A DNA stretch of 64,000 nucleotides from Nymphaea colorata. Its lineage: Eukaryota. This document shows positions 63,301 through 64,000 of the stretch, one piece after another (the stretch's first letter is position 1; the number at the start of each line of letters is the position of its first letter). The notes beneath the pieces are model-generated. The model was not told the DNA's origin and did not search any database. It was given only the letters and a program-made list of their open reading frames with translations. A program made the translations under genes and the position numbers. The stretch is taken from positions 7,378,001-7,442,000 of the forward strand of contig NC_045138.2 in the NCBI RefSeq assembly GCF_008831285.2, given 5' to 3'.

Positions 63301-64000
63301 TGACAATAGATTGTATCTAAATTCTGGTATGTAAAGTACATCTATAAGTATGAGGTTCGGCTGGAGTTCTATGGTTCCTGTATGAGTAGCTGAAAGTTGT
63401 TGGCCATTTGAAAGATTAATAAGGCGAACTTTGGGTAGAGGAATGACATTGGTCATCTAGTGAAGTTGGGGAGTCATATGGTCTGAGGCTCCGGTATCAA
63501 TAATCCATGGTAAATGATGGGAGGAATTGAGTATATGCTTACCTGCGACGTTTGCGGCAGCAGGTTTGTCATCAGCACTAAGCCATGCCGTTAATTTACT
63601 GAGTTGATCTTCAGTCAGCTGAGAGAGAACTGTAGCAGCAGTAGTGACATTTGCCGAGGATCCATGTTGAGTGTGTCCGCCTTTACCCATTTCAGAAGAA
63701 GCTTTAGATTTTGGATGGTTAGGCGGGTAGCCATGTAATGCATAGCAGCGTGCTTGGATATGCCCAAGTTGACCACAGTGGTCACATTTTGGACGTGGCC
63801 TGTTCTTCATGTATTGCTGTCCTCTTGGCTGAAACTTTTTGTTATAAGAAGGTAACGAATTTACTGCTAAAGCAGTATTTTCAGAACTTAAGAGCTGCGG
63901 AACTAGTAGTCACCGAGTTTCCTCTTGTAGCACAAGGGAGTAAACCTTGTTAATATTGGGTAATGGATCTATGGCAAGAATCTGGCTTCTAATGTTGCCA
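60313..64000 (-). pseudogene. pol: Copia gag-pol polyprotein in one frame with two in-frame stops (63910-63912 TGA, 63457-63459 TAG); 1047-codon open stretch at 60313-63456
   Basis: gag QILAIDPLPNINKVYSLVLQEE; CCHC knuckle CDHCGQLGHIQARC; protease WIIDTGASDHM; WHMRLGHP; integrase HCDIWG, RSDNGSEF, QNGRVERKHR; RT YVDDLII; RH CDSDW and RTKHIELDCHFVRE. Confidence 0.95.

Larger units (their letters stand above)
59997..64000 (-). mobile_element. Young Ty1/copia LTR retrotransposon; 5' part lies beyond the window
   Basis: Long pol ORF, PPT GAGGGGGAG at 60306-60314, 3' LTR starting TGTAG at 60305. LTR end placed tentatively at 59997 (CCTAAAACA). Confidence 0.92.

Noticed and set aside
63457..63459. 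Programmed stop-codon readthrough in the copia polyprotein
   Set aside because: The stop lies inside the protease region, lacks a CARYYA-type context, and a second stop exists in gag; simple nonsense mutation is more likely.

Overview
Flowering-plant nuclear DNA (species not determined from sequence), mostly transposable elements, around a small cluster of three intronless, minus-strand dirigent (DIR) genes. DIR1 (12569-13135) and DIR3 (30245-30823) are intact. DIR2 (23424-24005) is frameshifted by two short duplications that look like hAT excision footprints. DIR2 and DIR3 lie in the two units of a tandem duplication (about 17575-25479 and 25480-32035) whose junction is readable. Left of the cluster is a decayed L1 LINE (about 990-11240) interrupted by an old Ty1/copia element (5704-9941) and a solo LTR (10154-10767). 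Right of the cluster is a nest: two decayed hAT transposons carrying exon-like non-transposase fragments, a full-length 14.9 kb Ogre/Tat Ty3/gypsy element (44150-59096; PMD-like extra ORF, G-patch, second RNase H, 3'UTR tandem array), and a nearly intact Ty1/copia element that runs off the right edge. Many hAT-type and Tourist-type MITEs with target-site duplications (TSDs) are interspersed. I saw no rRNA, tRNA or CRISPR features. All alignments and counts were made by eye.
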